Origin: Octopus sinensis
Taxonomy: Eukaryota
Direction: 5' to 3'
DNA: 64,000 bases
NCBI RefSeq assembly: GCF_006345805.1
Contig: NC_043000.1
Location: 87,668,001-87,732,000, forward strand
The stretch's first letter is position 1; the number at the start of each line of letters is the position of its first letter. Positions 50,096 through 63,611 of the stretch are shown piece by piece. The notes below the pieces were generated by a model. That model was not told where the DNA came from. It saw nothing but the letters and a program-made list of their open reading frames with translations, and did no database searches. A program made the translations under genes and the position numbers.

Positions 50096-52869
50096 TATAT
50101 ACATATATATGATGGGCTTCTTTCAGTTTCTGTCTACCAAATCCACTCACAAGGCTTTGGTCGGCCAGAGGCTATAGTAGAAGACACTTGCCCAAGGTGC
50201 CACACAGTGGGACTGAACCCGGAACCATGTGGTTGATAAGCAAATTACTTACCACACATCATCCAACCCATGCTAGCATGGAAAGCGGACGTTAAACGAT
50301 GATGATGATGATGATGACAGCCACTCCTGCGCCTATGAAGATTTCTCTAACTGTCTGCTCTCCTCATAGTGAGTATCCACTTACTGACCTTTTTTTACAT
50401 GAGTAGCGCAGTTGTGTGACTAGGACAAGGGGTAGGTGGGGAGACAGTGAGTGATAGAGAGAGATGATAGGGTGTCACTGATGTGTAGCAAATGGAGATT
50501 GAGCAGGAATGCAATGAACAAGAGGCTCAGATTACCAGATTAAAAAAAAATATATATAATTAATATTAGAGTAATTTATAGTTCTTCAATGAAAATATAT
50601 GTCTTTGTCTGCACAGAAAGTTCCTCTTAGGTAAAATACTGTCATGGAAAAAGTTGTCAATTTCTCAGTGATAACTAAATCATAAAGACTGGAAATTTGG
50701 TAATATGTTTTAAGACAATTCACTATTTTCTTTCTGATTTCAATATTTGTACATTTTGACAGTTAGTGTCTGCACATCTACATGGACATCTGAAAATAAC
50801 ACTCAGTAAAGTGAGTGGTGAATAAAAAGGAACAATGTAAGGTAGAAGGACTTTTTAGTCTTGCTGGGGACACAGCAACCTTTCTAATGCTAGTGTCATG
50901 ATAAAAGTGATAGGAAGGATATCCAGCGGTAGAAAACAAGAACAACATCATCATGATTAAGCATCCATGTTTCATGCTGGCATGGGCAATATGGATTGAT
51001 AGGATCTAATGAATCTGAGGTCTTCATCATGATCCAATGTCTATTTTGGCCATGAGTTCTATGGTTGGATACCCTGCCTAATACCAACCACTTTACAGCA
51101 TGTACTGGGAGCTTTTATCATGACACCTGCACCAGTGGGGTCACTATGCAGCTTAAGGACTGATCCCTTGCAACAGAGTGGGGCTACAGTGATAAGGAGG
51201 AGGTTTTATGCTAGGAGATGAGGGGTTGAAGTATGAGAGATTAAAGTATGTGAGCAGACAGGTATCATTATAGACGAGAAGTTGAGAGTGACTGGGGTGG
51301 AGTAAGAAAAAGATGATGTAGTGGTGATGAAGTGTCAGAGTGAGACCTCAAAGAACATAGTGGGTAGAAGTGAATGGGGAAAGGAAAACAGGGAATGTGG
51401 GAAAGTAGAGTCATCATCGTCATTTTGATATCTTTTCCTTGCCTGCATGAGTCTAGTGGAATTTAGGGTAGATTCTCTATGGTCAGTTGCACTTCCTGTT
51501 ACCAACAGCATAGATACTTCCCCATGGCTGGGCATGCTTTCGCAGAAGACTAGGAACAAATGACACCACTTGTATTCAGATGACATTCATAAACAATGTC
51601 AGGAGAAAGAGACATTAACATACCCTCCACACACACACACAATACATGCATATATTTTCCACTGCTTGACAACCAGTATTGGTGTGTTTATGTTCCCGTA
51701 ACTTTAGCAGTTACGATAGAATAAGTTGCAGGCTTAAAAAAAAAAGTCCAGAGGTTGATTTATTTGAATAAAACCCTTCAAGGCAGTGCCCCAGCCTGGC
51801 CACAGTCAAATGACTGAAACAAGTAAAAAGATAAAAGGTATATTTAGACACAGTGGGCTTCAATCAGTTTCCATTTACAAATGCTACTCACAAGAATTTT
51901 GTTAGCTGGGACATACCTAGATGTCATGTAATGAGACTGAACCTGCATTTTAACTAAAGTCAGTGACTGATTTCCTCTGTTGGGGTTAAAACTTGTCTCT
52001 TCTTTTGAGTTCTTTTAGTTAGAAACCCAACTGAAAGAACACAGAGAATTAAACGTCAACAGTATTTTCATATAAGCTCTGAAATATCTTTTAAAGATTA
52101 GCTGATCGGTTAAAAAGCTTACTTCCTGACTATCTGATTTTGAGTTAAGTCCAACAGCATAGCAGCTTGGAAATTATGTCTTCTATTATAGCTCTTGTGA
52201 GTAGATTTGGTAGGTGGAAACTGAAAGAAGCCTATTGTATACATGTGTGTAAGTGTGTGTGTGTGTGAGTGCATGTGCATGGCTGTTCATGCCTTCTTGT
52301 TTTCAACATCACTTGATCATTGTAAAGTAATGTTGCCATAATCCAAGCAGTGTCATTCATTTTCAATATTCTGTGAAAACATGTCTGGTCATGAGGAAAT
52401 AATACCTTTCTTGCAAACAGTTGAGGTTTGGCAAAAAGAGGGGCATCTAGCTGTAGAAAATTTACCTCAATGAATTCTCTCTGACCCATGCAAGTATGGA
52501 AAAGTGGACGTTAAAATGATGAAGACAGTGCTTAACTTCATTCTCAGGATGAGATGCGGAGGAGGCATAATTCCCCACTTCTCAAGTGCAAGATGCTGCT
52601 CTATCACAAATTATGTTGTTAGATGATATGTTGTAAGATGATATGTTATTAGATGATGTTGTCTATTTACAATAGTTAAATGACTTGGGGCAATGTGGAA
52701 CAGAGTGCAGTGCTCAGTGACACCACAAAATGCTTGCAGTGAGTCTGAATTCAAGATCATATGATCGTATGCCATGAAGTTCAGTAACTCATGCACTTAT
52801 TCATTCCACTTCTACACAATATTTAAATGATAATAATGAAGATGATAGTGATATTGATGATAATCTTAA

Positions 52870-53043
52870 CCCTTTAGCATTCAGATTATTCTGTCAAATA
52901 TAATGCTTATTTATTCACATGACTTGATTGCTTATTTTCAGAAGGATATTGTAAGGTAAGTGCGAGAGATTTCATCTGGCTGGTTTGAACATAAAACAGG
53001 TAGAATAGACAGACTGAATATAGCTGGTTTGAATGCTATAAGG
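52870..53043. mobile_element. Second TTAA-flanked MITE family; another copy at ~30620-30782
   Basis: TTAA|CCCTTTAGCATTC...GAATGCTATAAGG|TTAA. Confidence 0.7.
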
Positions 53044-53119
53044 TTAATGATGAGTGATATAGTGATAATGACAATAGTGTTGCATACTATGCAATCAGAA
53101 AGATCTATTTGCTACTTAC

Positions 53120-53297
53120 TATATTTGATTTCATGGTAGCATTTAGCAATTGAAGTCCACCAGTAGCTAGGTTGCGAACATGGCCAATTAGTTCTAAAAA
53201 CCATCCCAGACGATTTTTGATGTGAGTTTTATTCAGAGAACAGATATAGAAGCACTGTGATAGAAACAGGAGGCAGAAGCTGTAAAGCTCTGGGATA
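53120..53297 (-). CDS. FOCAD: Focadhesin coding exon (178 nt, phase 2-0); absent from the ORF track
   Basis: Acceptor cttttatttcag|T and donor ATA|GTAAGT. One base completes the previous codon, then IPELYSFCLLFLSQCFYICSLNKTHIKNRLGWFLELIGHVRNLATGGLQLLNATMKSNI (cf. FOCAD KRMEWLLELMGYIRNVA). Confidence 0.9.
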
Positions 53298-53629
53298 CTG
53301 AAATAAAAGAGATACTGTTATGATAGAAAATGAATAAGAAAAATATGGATATTTAAAATTTTCATTGAAGTATAAGACAAATGCTTACAGAGGACATATA
53401 TATATATGTACATCATACATGTACACACACATATATATGTATATATATTACACACACACATATTATATGTATCTACTTATGTTTACATGTTTATATATAT
53501 AAATGTGTGTGTGTACATATTTCTGCTCCCTTAGAACCAACATCAAGTAGGCTCAACTTGCTATCCAGGTCCTCGTTTAGGCTCTGCTTCACATTGCGCT
53601 GATCCAATTTGCTGATGTTTGGTCACTTG

Positions 53630-54015
53630 CTTGCTGGTTTCCCTTATGGTCACCACCTTATTCAAATGTCTGACACACAACTCCCTAAGGGACTGTTTTA
53701 CAGTGAACAGGCAGAAGGCAAATGCATGGAAAGTGGACAGAAAAATGCTTCAAGGATACACTCAAAACCTCACTGAAGAACCCCAATGTCTGGAAATGCA
53801 AGCACAAGACAGCCCAGCCTGGCTACACTGCACCAACAGAGGTGCCACCTCCTAAGAACAGAATAGGATCACAGGAGCACAAAGAAAATGTCAACTTTGC
53901 AAGTCTGGAGCCAACTCCTTGCATTCAGTTCCAGAAGACCACCAGTGTCCAGCCTGTGGCAGAGCCTTCGAGCATGCATCGGATTGATAGGCCATGTCTT
54001 CTACTCCCATGAAAT
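53630..54015 (+). mobile_element. Decayed RTE (BovB-like) 3' fragment
   Basis: LPKGLFYSE...FKDTLKTSLK...CPACGRAF.CIGLIGH across frameshifts. An inverted LINE scrap lies at ~53520-53595. Confidence 0.75.
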
Positions 54016-54079
54016 GTTCTTGGTCATCATCAACAACAATGGACAAACTGATAATCATAATAATGTACATGTTTATATA

Positions 54080-55336
54080 CAGTGGTTTGACAAAATAATG
54101 GAAACACTTTGTTGAAAGAAATTTTTTTTATTTAATATGGATTTGGTCCTACTATGGCATCATTCACTAATTTAATATTTTGAGGAACTGACTCCTACAG
54201 GTTGCAGACAGTCGTTAGGGGAATTTCAAGCCTTTCTTAAGAAAAACCTGTCTTAGCTCTTTCAGTAATAATGGAAGAAGGAAGTAGTTAATCACTTGAA
54301 GCTCCAAAATGCACCATAAATATTTGATTACATTGATATCTGGTCAAGTGTGGCAGACAATCCAAGTGATCAACTTAAGTCTTGTGCTCTTTGCGCCAAT
54401 TTTGAATAAAATTAGCTATGTGGATTGGTGCATTATCACCAGAGAACAATGTTTGTATCACAAAATAGACATGATCAACCATAGTACTCAGGTAATCCTT
54501 GTTGTTAACTCTGCCATGCAGAACATCTAAAGGGCCAAGAGAACTCCATGATATGACTGTCCAAATCATAACAGAGCCATTTTCATGCTTCATGATATGG
54601 ACCAAAAGCCAGGGTTGAAAGGCTTTTTTGAGCTTCTCTAGACACAAACTTGCTTCAAGGTGGGAAAAAAAGGTAAGGTAACTGATGATTTAGCATAGTA
54701 GATGACATTGTCTCATTGAGCCATTAACCACTTCTTAAAGTCTAGACAATATATTTTCCTCTTATCAGTGTTCATAGAAGACGGAAGTTAAACAATTGCA
54801 GCCCACTCATGGTACCCATCTTTATGAAACTCACAATAAATCATTTTGATTGACACAGGGTTGACAAAGGGGTAATTTAACATTACTGTCATTTACGCTG
54901 CTGTAGTTTGGTTGTTTTAGACACATTACCTTTTACCATTCTATAGTCCTTCTCTGATAGCTTTGCCTTCTGTTCAAAATTATACATGCTAAAGCTGGTT
55001 TTACCTTAGTTTTGGAATGCCAACCTGATTTTTAGAGACTGTATTTCCTAAAACATTAAACAATTCAACAGTTTTAGTGACTGAAAGTCCATCCATACTC
55101 CATTAATTTGTCCTCTTTGGAAATGAAGTAGGCCATGCATTTCAACCTACCTAAATATAAATAAGTGCAACAAAGGAAGAAACAGAGGACAGTATTATGA
55201 AGTATAAGGCATACATAAATGCATATGAATACATTTATGCAAACCAGAAAAATTCTGAATCTGTGTCATTTACCAATAGAAATAATAATAATACTTAAAT
55301 AAAAAGAGGTGTTTCCAATATTTTGTTCCAAACCTG
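54080..55336 (-). mobile_element. Tc1-like transposon, decayed
   Basis: TIRs CAGTGGTTTGACAAAATAATGGAAACAC / GTGTTTCCAATATTTTGTTCCAAACCTG with TA flanks. KHENGSVMIW...DNAPIH. Confidence 0.8.
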
Positions 55337-55811
55337 TATAATAGTGTTACATATATATATATATATATATACATATATGAGAGGGAGAGAGAGAGAGAGA
55401 AAGTGATTGTGTGTGTGTAAATCTATGTGTGTATGTACAACACTGGTATTTATTTTATTGATACCAGAAGTGTAAGAAACAAGGTTAGCATTGACAAGAT
55501 TTTCAACAAAGGACACATCATCTCATTAATAGACACACTTACACCGAAAGAGAAAGGAATAAAAAAAAGAGAAACAGAAAAGACTTAATTTTAAGCATTT
55601 TGTATTGGAAACAATGGGCAGAAAGCACAACAGCAGCTCCTTGTAAGAGAACAATAATGAATGTTGAATGATAGTCACTTTGTTGTGATTAAGACTCTTT
55701 AAATGTATTTTTGTCAGTGAACGTAAATAGTGGTGGTTAAGCTAGTGATTGACAGTGATAGATGGTATCTTTACCCCATTTCTCCATTTTGTTTTCCATA
55801 TTTCTGTTTAA

Positions 55812-56030
55812 CCCTTTCATTACCAACCCAGCTGAAACCGGCTCGGCTCTGAGTACACATGTCTTGTTTTCATAGGTTTTGAATTAAAATCTTCCACCAA
55901 ATCTTAGTCACAATTTATGTTCCTAACACTAGCTTAATGATAACTAAGTTATTTTACTAAATTCTTTGTTATGTTTAAAGTAATTGAAAGGCACACAGAG
56001 CATCTCAGCAGAAATACAGTAACGAAAGGG
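55812..56030. mobile_element. piggyBac-like MITE
   Basis: TTAA|CCCTTTCATTAC...GTAACGAAAGGG|TTAA. Confidence 0.8.
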
Positions 56031-56530
56031 TTAAATACATAACTACTGTTTTGGTTAATTTAAAAATAAAACAATCTTGTATTTTATCTTTTACTTGTTT
56101 CAGTCATTGGACTGCAGCCATGCTGGGGCACCACATTGAACAAATCAACCCTAGTAATTATTAAGCCTGGTACTTGTTCTATTAACCTCTTTTGCTGAAC
56201 CACTAAGTTGTGGGGATGTGAACAAACCAATATTTGTTGTCAAGCAGTGGGGAGAGGGGCAAATATAAACACACACAGACATACTCACACACACACATAT
56301 GGTAAGTTCACCGTTTTTTTTTTCAATAAAATAGTTTTTAACTGTTAATGGTGAGATACTATGGAGACATTTTCTTTGTAAACTTTCCTTGTGGTGAACT
56401 TTCGTTACAGTGAACATGCTCTGTAGTGAATTGATGGTGGTGAACTTGCCTGTACTCATACATACATACACACACACATGCACACACACACACACGCACG
56501 CACACACATACACACATACACACACACACA

Positions 56531-57809
56531 TATCAGGTCATTAAGAATGAAATGTCCAGTTTTGAACCGAAAGTTTATTTTACTTTATCTCAACAAATGC
56601 ATTAATCAAAGTATCATCTAAATTACATCTAAATTATTAACACAACTTTACCAATTTACCAGTAGCTTATTTATGCTGGCAATGAAGAATTCTGGAGAGC
56701 AAGAGGTAATGAAATCATGAAAGGCTGTTTTAGTATCTTCTTCAGATTTGAAGTTTTTTCCTTGCAAAATGTTGTCGAATGCCTGGAAAACATAATAGTC
56801 AATTGATGCAAGGTCTGGTGAATAAGGTGGATGACAGGGTACGACCAAGTTTACTTCCCGTAACTTGAGTAACATTCTTTTTGCAACATGTGGTTGATCA
56901 TTGGCTTGCAAGAGAATTAGCCTGTCTCTGTTGACCAATCTCGGTTGTTTAATTGCAAGTTCACTCATCATTTCATCCAACTGGTTGATGTATATATCTA
57001 CTGTAATTGACTTACCAGGTCTCATGAAGTTGCAGTGGATGACACTAGCTCTGGACCACCAAACAAACACCTTTAGCTTGTTTTGGTGAATATTCTTTTT
57101 TGGATTGTGTTTTGGCACTTCATCTCTATCCACCTGCCATGAAGAACGTTTGGTATAGTAGAAAAGAATCCATTTTTCATCACAATATGATGCAAAAGTG
57201 GTTTGCTTTTATGCTGTGACAGCAAGAAACAGCAAGTTTCAAGATGACATGTCATTTGATGCTTGTTCAGTTCATTGGTACCCACTTGTCCAGCTTTACC
57301 ATGCCAATTTGTTCCAGATGGTCCAATATAGCTGGAATCGAAACAGCAAACCTTGCTGCTAATTCATGCATAGTTAGAGATCTATCTGCTTCTACTACAG
57401 TTTCCAGCTTGTCATTATCCACCTTGGCCTCAGGTCTATCACGGGGTTGATTTTCAAGAGTAAAGTCACAAAACCGAACTTCTCAAACCATCGACATACA
57501 GTGTGCTCATTTGCCACATCTTCACCAAACACCTCATTGATGTTTTGAGCTGTCTGGAATGCATTGGTTCCATGATGAAACACATATTCATAAACAACAC
57601 AAATTTTTTATCTATCCATGGGTTCACGAAAACTGATTTATGAAAGAAAGCTCACAATATAGTCAGACACTATGAATTGCATTTCAAAAAGTGAGGATGT
57701 AACTCTTCAATGTTGTACAACAAAGATTTGTCAGGAAAAACATTAGAATTAACAACTGTCAAACTTGGTGCATAAGAAAATCGAACATTTCATTCTTAAT
57801 GACTTGATA
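56531..57809 (-). mobile_element. Mariner transposon, same family as 35066-36289
   Basis: TIRs tatcaggtcattaagaatgaaatg / catttcattcttaatgacttgata. Motif HPPYSPDLASIDY. Confidence 0.9.
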
Positions 57810-58189
57810 CACACACACATATATAAATTTATTTAAACACACACACACACACACACATATATATACAGACAATGGACTTCGACGTTTCTGTTTACCAATT
57901 TCACTCTCAAGGATGTTGTCTAAGGTACTACCTGGTGGAACTGAAGCCAAAACTATGTGTTTGCAAATTGAACTTCTTAATAATACAGCCATACTTAAAT
58001 GATTTAGTAAAATAACTTTGTCATTAATTAGTCTGAAAAATTAACTAGAAATTTTGATGGAAGTTTTTAATTTAAATGACTTTTAATGCATTAAGCTTGT
58101 ATTATAGAACAAGCAGCAGTCTCAAGAAGGTTGGTATCATATTTTATATCAAATGGTATTATGATACCAACCCATTCAAAAGTCACAGA

Positions 58190-58520
58190 CATGGCTGTCT
58201 GGTAAGTAGCTTGCTTCTCAACCACATGGTTCCAGGTTCAGTTTCACTGTGTCATACCTTGGGCAAGTATCTTCCACTATAGCCTTGGGCTGACCAAAGC
58301 CTTGTGAGTGGATTTGGTAAACAAAAGCTGAAAGAAACCCATCGTCTGTGTGTGTGCATGTTTGTATACCCCACCACCACTGGACAACTGGTGTTGGTGT
58401 GTTCATGCCCACATAACTTAGCAGTTCAGCAAAAGAGTACTGGAATCAATCCATTTGATTAAATACCCTTCAACGTTGTGCTCCAGCATGGCCAATCTAA
58501 CGACTGAAACAAATAAAAGA
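58190..58520 (+). mobile_element. SINE family A copy
   Basis: ggctgtctggtaagtagcttgc...gactgaaacaaataaaaga, the reverse complement of family A. Partial copies lie at ~44270-44430, 46150-46320, 51650-51840, 52195-52255, 56085-56300 and 62840-63000. Confidence 0.8.
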
Positions 58521-59035
58521 CAAAACCATTAAAGATCCATCATCTATGTACAGTTTCAGGAAAGCATGGAAAGAAGAAACCTCTTTATAGACAGAAATGC
58601 AGTGCAAATCTTTGGTTATCTAACATTGCTGCAGCTAACAATAATGATAATCATTTATACTACAGGCACCAGGCCTAAAACATTGGGGAAGAGGGCTAGC
58701 TGATAACATCAGCACCAGTGCTTAACAGGTGTTGTTTTTATTGACCCTCTGAAAAACAAAAAAAAAAGAGGGATGAAAGGTAAAGTTGATCTCAGTAGAA
58801 TCTGAACTCAGAACATAAAGCAAGCAGAAATGTGGCAGAGTGTTTTGTCCAATGTGCTAATGATTCCGTCAGCTTGCCACTTTCAATAATGATAATAATG
58901 ACAAGGTTACATGCTGTAACCCAATAGGAGGGTTCTTAGCATCTAAGGCTACTTATTCATCATCATCATCGTTTAACGTCCGTTTTCCATGCTAGCATGG
59001 GTTGGACGGTTCAATTGGGGTCTGGGAAGCTAGAA

Positions 59036-59248
59036 GGCTGCGCCAGGCCCAGTCTGATCTGGCAGTGTTCCTACAGCTGGATGCCCTTCCTAACACCAAC
59101 CACTCCGTGAGTGTAGTGGGTGCTTTTTATGTGCCAGACGAGGCTGGTGGCACGTAAAAAGCACCCACTACACTCACGGAGTGGTTGGTGTTAGGAAGGG
59201 CATCCAGCTGTAGAAACACTGCCAGATCAGACTGGGCCTGGCGCAGCC
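59036..59248. repeat. Near-perfect inverted repeat (101-bp arms, 11-nt spacer)
   Basis: 59036-59136 versus 59148-59248, 99 of 101 complementary by eye. Confidence 0.92.
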
Positions 59249-59295
59249 ATGTTAGGATTCTTTACTTTTCCAACAGTCTAATCTGTTGAGTGTAT

Positions 59296-59296
<1 letters not shown>

Positions 59297-59334
<38 letters not shown>

Positions 59335-59381
59335 TATAATAATAATAATAATAATAATAATGATAATAATGATAATAATAA
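59297..59381. repeat. (AAT)n microsatellite
   Basis: Direct reading. Confidence 0.95.
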
Positions 59382-60553
59382 TCCTTTCTACTATAGCATA
59401 AGGCCTGAAATTTTGAGAGCAGGAGCTAGCTAATTATTGATCCCAGCACTCAACTGGTACTTACTTGACTGACCCTAAAAGAACGAGACACAAGGCAGAC
59501 CCTGGCAAAATTTGAATTCAGGCTGTAAAGATAGACGAAATGCTGAAATGCCAGTAAGCGTTTTGCCCAGCATACTAACAACTCTGCCAACTTACCACTT
59601 TCAATGATAATAATGATTTCAAATTTTGGCACAAGGCCAGTAATTTCGGGCAGGGTGTAAATCAATTATGTCAACCCCAGTTTTCAACTGATACTTATTC
59701 TATTGACTCCCAAAAGGATGAAAGGCAAAGTCGACTTTCGTGGCATTTGAACTCAGAACACAGAGACTGATGAAATATTGTGAAGTATTTTGCCTGGAGT
59801 ATTAATGATTCTGCTAACTCGCTGCCTTTAAGGAAGGTCCTTAATATTTAAGGAAACTGGTTATGACCCAGTATCATTTTTATTGTCTTTTATTGGAGAC
59901 AAAACTTTTTCAGATTTGTTAAATTTAAAGTATATGAGGTTGGTTACTTTATGAATACATGGTTCTACCAGGATGTCTGTTCAAATACTAAGAAATAAAT
60001 AACCAGACAGAAATGTAAAGTCACTGTCAAACAATCTCTCCATTGTCTTTGAAATACAGAAAAAAATGTGCATTATGCCATAAACTTTAAAACTGCATAA
60101 TCACAAAGATAAAGATAAGATACGACCATGTTTAGAATGCTGACAAGACAAATGAAGTTTGAAACAAACCAACAAGTTGAATATCTTAATGTCTTTGTGT
60201 GTGCTTGGAGGTGTTGAAATTGTGTTGTTTTTAAAGATTTAACTAGCTACTTCTCTACAGTAAGTATTTTGAACTAGTGTTAAGAGGGGTTACTCAACAA
60301 CAACAACAAGTTTATTTAACTTGAAAAGAGATACAGTATTTTTCAGCATATAAGTTGAATTTTACAGATAAAAATATACAGATGACAAAGAAAGTTTGAC
60401 TTATACACCAAAAAGACTTTGGAGAACTGAAAATTCCATGTGAAATGCAACAGAATTTTAAAAGTAATGACTGTGTTTGAATATATACACAACATGTTTA
60501 CACTATATACTATAGAAACAGGCATGCTGGAAAATACAGTAAATGTTCCTTAC

Positions 60554-60753
60554 TTTTGACCATTATTGATGAGAGCATCGATGCAGCTATTTAACAAAGC
60601 TAGAGGCTGCTTTCCATTGGCCACAAGGAAGCACCGGACATATGTTCCTTTAATATATAATTGTGGATCAAGGAAATCATCATCAGTAAGTTGGTCAAAT
60701 CTGTCTTCTGGAAGGTTTGCTAGACATTTACACATCATGTTGTAGAGGTTAGG
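60554..60753 (-). CDS. FOCAD: Focadhesin coding exon (200 nt, phase 0-2)
   Basis: Acceptor ttctttccag|CCT and donor AA|GTAAGG. Encodes PNLYNMMCKCLANLPEDRF...KGTYVRCFLVANGKQPLALL, similar to vertebrate FOCAD KCLLEM...KAAFVKLYLVSQGRFPL (recalled, not searched). Confidence 0.88.
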
Positions 60754-63162
60754 CTGGAAAGAACAGCAGAAACAATATTATATTGTTGTGAAAATACATT
60801 TACAGAAAATAATTTACATATTTCTATCATTTCTTTTTTGTTTTTATAAATCTTCCTCTTCATGGCCAGTCTTTTTTAACAAATCCTTACTAGAACATAT
60901 TCCTGCTCCTTGTCATCCTCCTTCATACAATTAGGGGCTACTCCTCTAGTCATTCTTTCCACTTCTTAGCTATAAACCTTTTTCTTTCACCTGACTTGCC
61001 CTCATTCCTCACTAGAATCTCACCCTCTCGCTTTTCTATTCTTCTTCAGTTGGTTCCATGTAAAAAAGGCACCAATATACTCTATAAAGAGGTAAGCATC
61101 AAGAAGAGCATCCAACCATAGAAGTCATGCTAAATTTGTAACAAGAGCTGGTCGCAGCACATTAGATCCTGTTGAACATCCAATCCATACCAACATGGAA
61201 GTTAGATGTTAAATGACAATGATGATTCTTCATTCCTTTTCCTTTGCCTCATCCACCTATCTTATACAGTTTGCTGTGTCCACAGGTCTCTGCACATTTA
61301 TGTATTTTATGATACTGAGTTGGGGACTATACTTCAAAACCCTTTCATCATCCATTCTTCCTTTCTTGCTAGAGTGGCCATGTATTTCCTTTACATCAAG
61401 ACACCTGTTCCTGTCTGTCTATCACACTTTTATCTATTAACATCTGGCACAAAGCCACCTCCCTGAAAACTGTACTTACACCCTGTCAAGAGTCTTATTT
61501 TGTAAGTTACTTGGTGATCTCATTAGTGCTGGTGCCAAGAAAAAAATAGCACCCAGTACATACTGTAAAGTGGTTGGCTTTAGGAAGGGCATCCAGCTGT
61601 AGAGACCATGCCAAAGCAGACAGTGGAACTCAATGTAGACCTCTGGTTTTTAGGATCCGCTCAAACCATCCAATTCATGCTAGCATGAAATGTGAACATT
61701 AAATAAAGATGATGCTGATAATAAGCTAGTGGCTCAACACCCAACTCTCCACTCAAAGAAGAGCGATTTTGTTGAGCTAAAAAGTACAAGCTAACACAAT
61801 CAACTTTACAAAAGTGCTTTTATAGTAGAGAACTATACATCACAGTAGCACTTACTTAAAGATGTATACACTAGGTAATTAAGAGCAAATTGCTTTCGAC
61901 ATGAACACAATGCAATGCAAGATGCAACATAATAACTGCTAATTTCCTAGCTAGTTTTGTAATGTCCTGTTGTATCAGTCATCTTCACTCTATGTTGCAA
62001 ATATGGAAAATAATTTTGTCTGCAACAGTAAAGAATGAAGAAAGAGAAAGAGAAGAAAAAAAAACAAGAGAAAATTCAAAGAGACTACAGTGCAAAACCC
62101 ATTTATTGTTGAAGCACAAGTAGAATGTTTTATAATAATAATAGACAAGGAAATATTGTCAATTTAGTTAGATTGGACACAAAGAAAGTGAACAGTGCCA
62201 AAGAATTCTTTCAGACTGAGTTTATTGGTAAAGATATAATATCAGATAATGTAGTCATTGCTACAGTGAATACTGAAAAGGGTCAGAAAATGAAGAAAAC
62301 ATGCCAGAAAATTGTCTCTCATATTTGCCAGGAAAAATGAAAATATTAGTGTTTTATTAATGTGTTTTTCTCCTCACCTCACATATGTATTTGTAGTTAA
62401 CTTCTTTAATAATTGATGCAGTAGTTGTACCTGCAGCACCACTACCACTACAATAAGGCCATTGTTTGTATGCATACACATGCACATACATGTACATGCA
62501 CACACACATGCTGGTTGTCTGCTTATCAGCCAAGCATGACCGCCACTGACAGGTAAGAACACAAGATAAGAGTTATGCGAGGGTTTTAAGCTAAGTGCAG
62601 CTTACACAACACTACACTGACTCTCACTAGCAATACCAAGAAGCCCAGCGACAAGCAAAGTTCAAGATATCTAGCCCAGTAGAGCAGCAGGTTTTATATA
62701 TAAGGTAGCCTTTTCCAAAAGGGATGCCTTGACAAAGACCCTAGGGTCCCTCATTCTCAGTGGGCTTACTGCACCTTCAGACACCAACCCAAGTACTTCT
62801 ATGTCCTGTCACTCACACACACACACACACTTACATATAATGCTCTTGCAGTTTCCATCAGCAAAATCTACTCAGAAGGCTTTGGTTGGCTTGTGATTAT
62901 AGAAGACACTTGCCCAAGGTGGCATGCAGTAGGACTGAACTCAAAACCATGTGATTGAGAATTGAACTTCTTAACCATACAGCCAAGCCTGTACCTGTGT
63001 ATGTTAACATTAATCCACACACACACACGCATGCATGCATGCATGCATACATGAATAAAACAGATATTAGAAGTAAGAAATTAATGACTATTATTATTAT
63101 TATTATACACATTCATTGAAAACGTTTAAAAATTTGTGTTAAAAAAAAAAACTACTTCATAC

Positions 63163-63414
63163 CTGAAAATGTGGTGTTAGTGCTTTGTATATACGTTCCA
63201 CGGTGGTGTACAAGAGCTCAGTAACAGACTCTGGAGGGTCATTCACCATTAATGCTTTCTGTAGACCATTCAAAGTGACAGAAGACTGAGATTGTCTTTG
63301 GTCAAAGAGAAACGGGTTAACGCATTCATGTTCCAGAAATTCCTTGAGTGTTTTCAAAGGGATGCATTTGATGAGGACATCCAAGTTTTGATAAAATATA
63401 TTCTGAGCTTCCAC
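63163..63414 (-). CDS. FOCAD: Focadhesin coding exon (first exon visible in window; 252 nt, phase 0-0)
   Basis: Acceptor ttttcttag|GTG at 63414 and donor CAG|GTATGA at 63163. Open frame VEAQNIF...LNGLQKALMVNDPPESVTELLYTTVERIYKALTPHFQ. Joins in frame to the next five exons; the spliced product resembles the focadhesin C-terminus as I recall it. Confidence 0.85.
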
Positions 63415-63611
63415 CTAAGAAAATACAAAGAATAAAAGAAATAAAAAAAAAATCCATGCTTATAAAATCATCATCATCATTGTCATTGTCGCTGTCATCA
63501 TTGTTATCATCATCTAATTTTAGTGTCCACTTTTCCTTGCTTGCAACCCATGTTAAATGATGATGATGATGATGAGGAGGAGGATATATATATCTATATA
63601 TATATAAATAC

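Larger units (their letters stand above)
49017..50335 (-). mobile_element. SINE family A copy split by a PLE fragment and a family C tail
   Basis: Tail half at 49017-49280 and head half at ~50090-50335. Confidence 0.75.
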
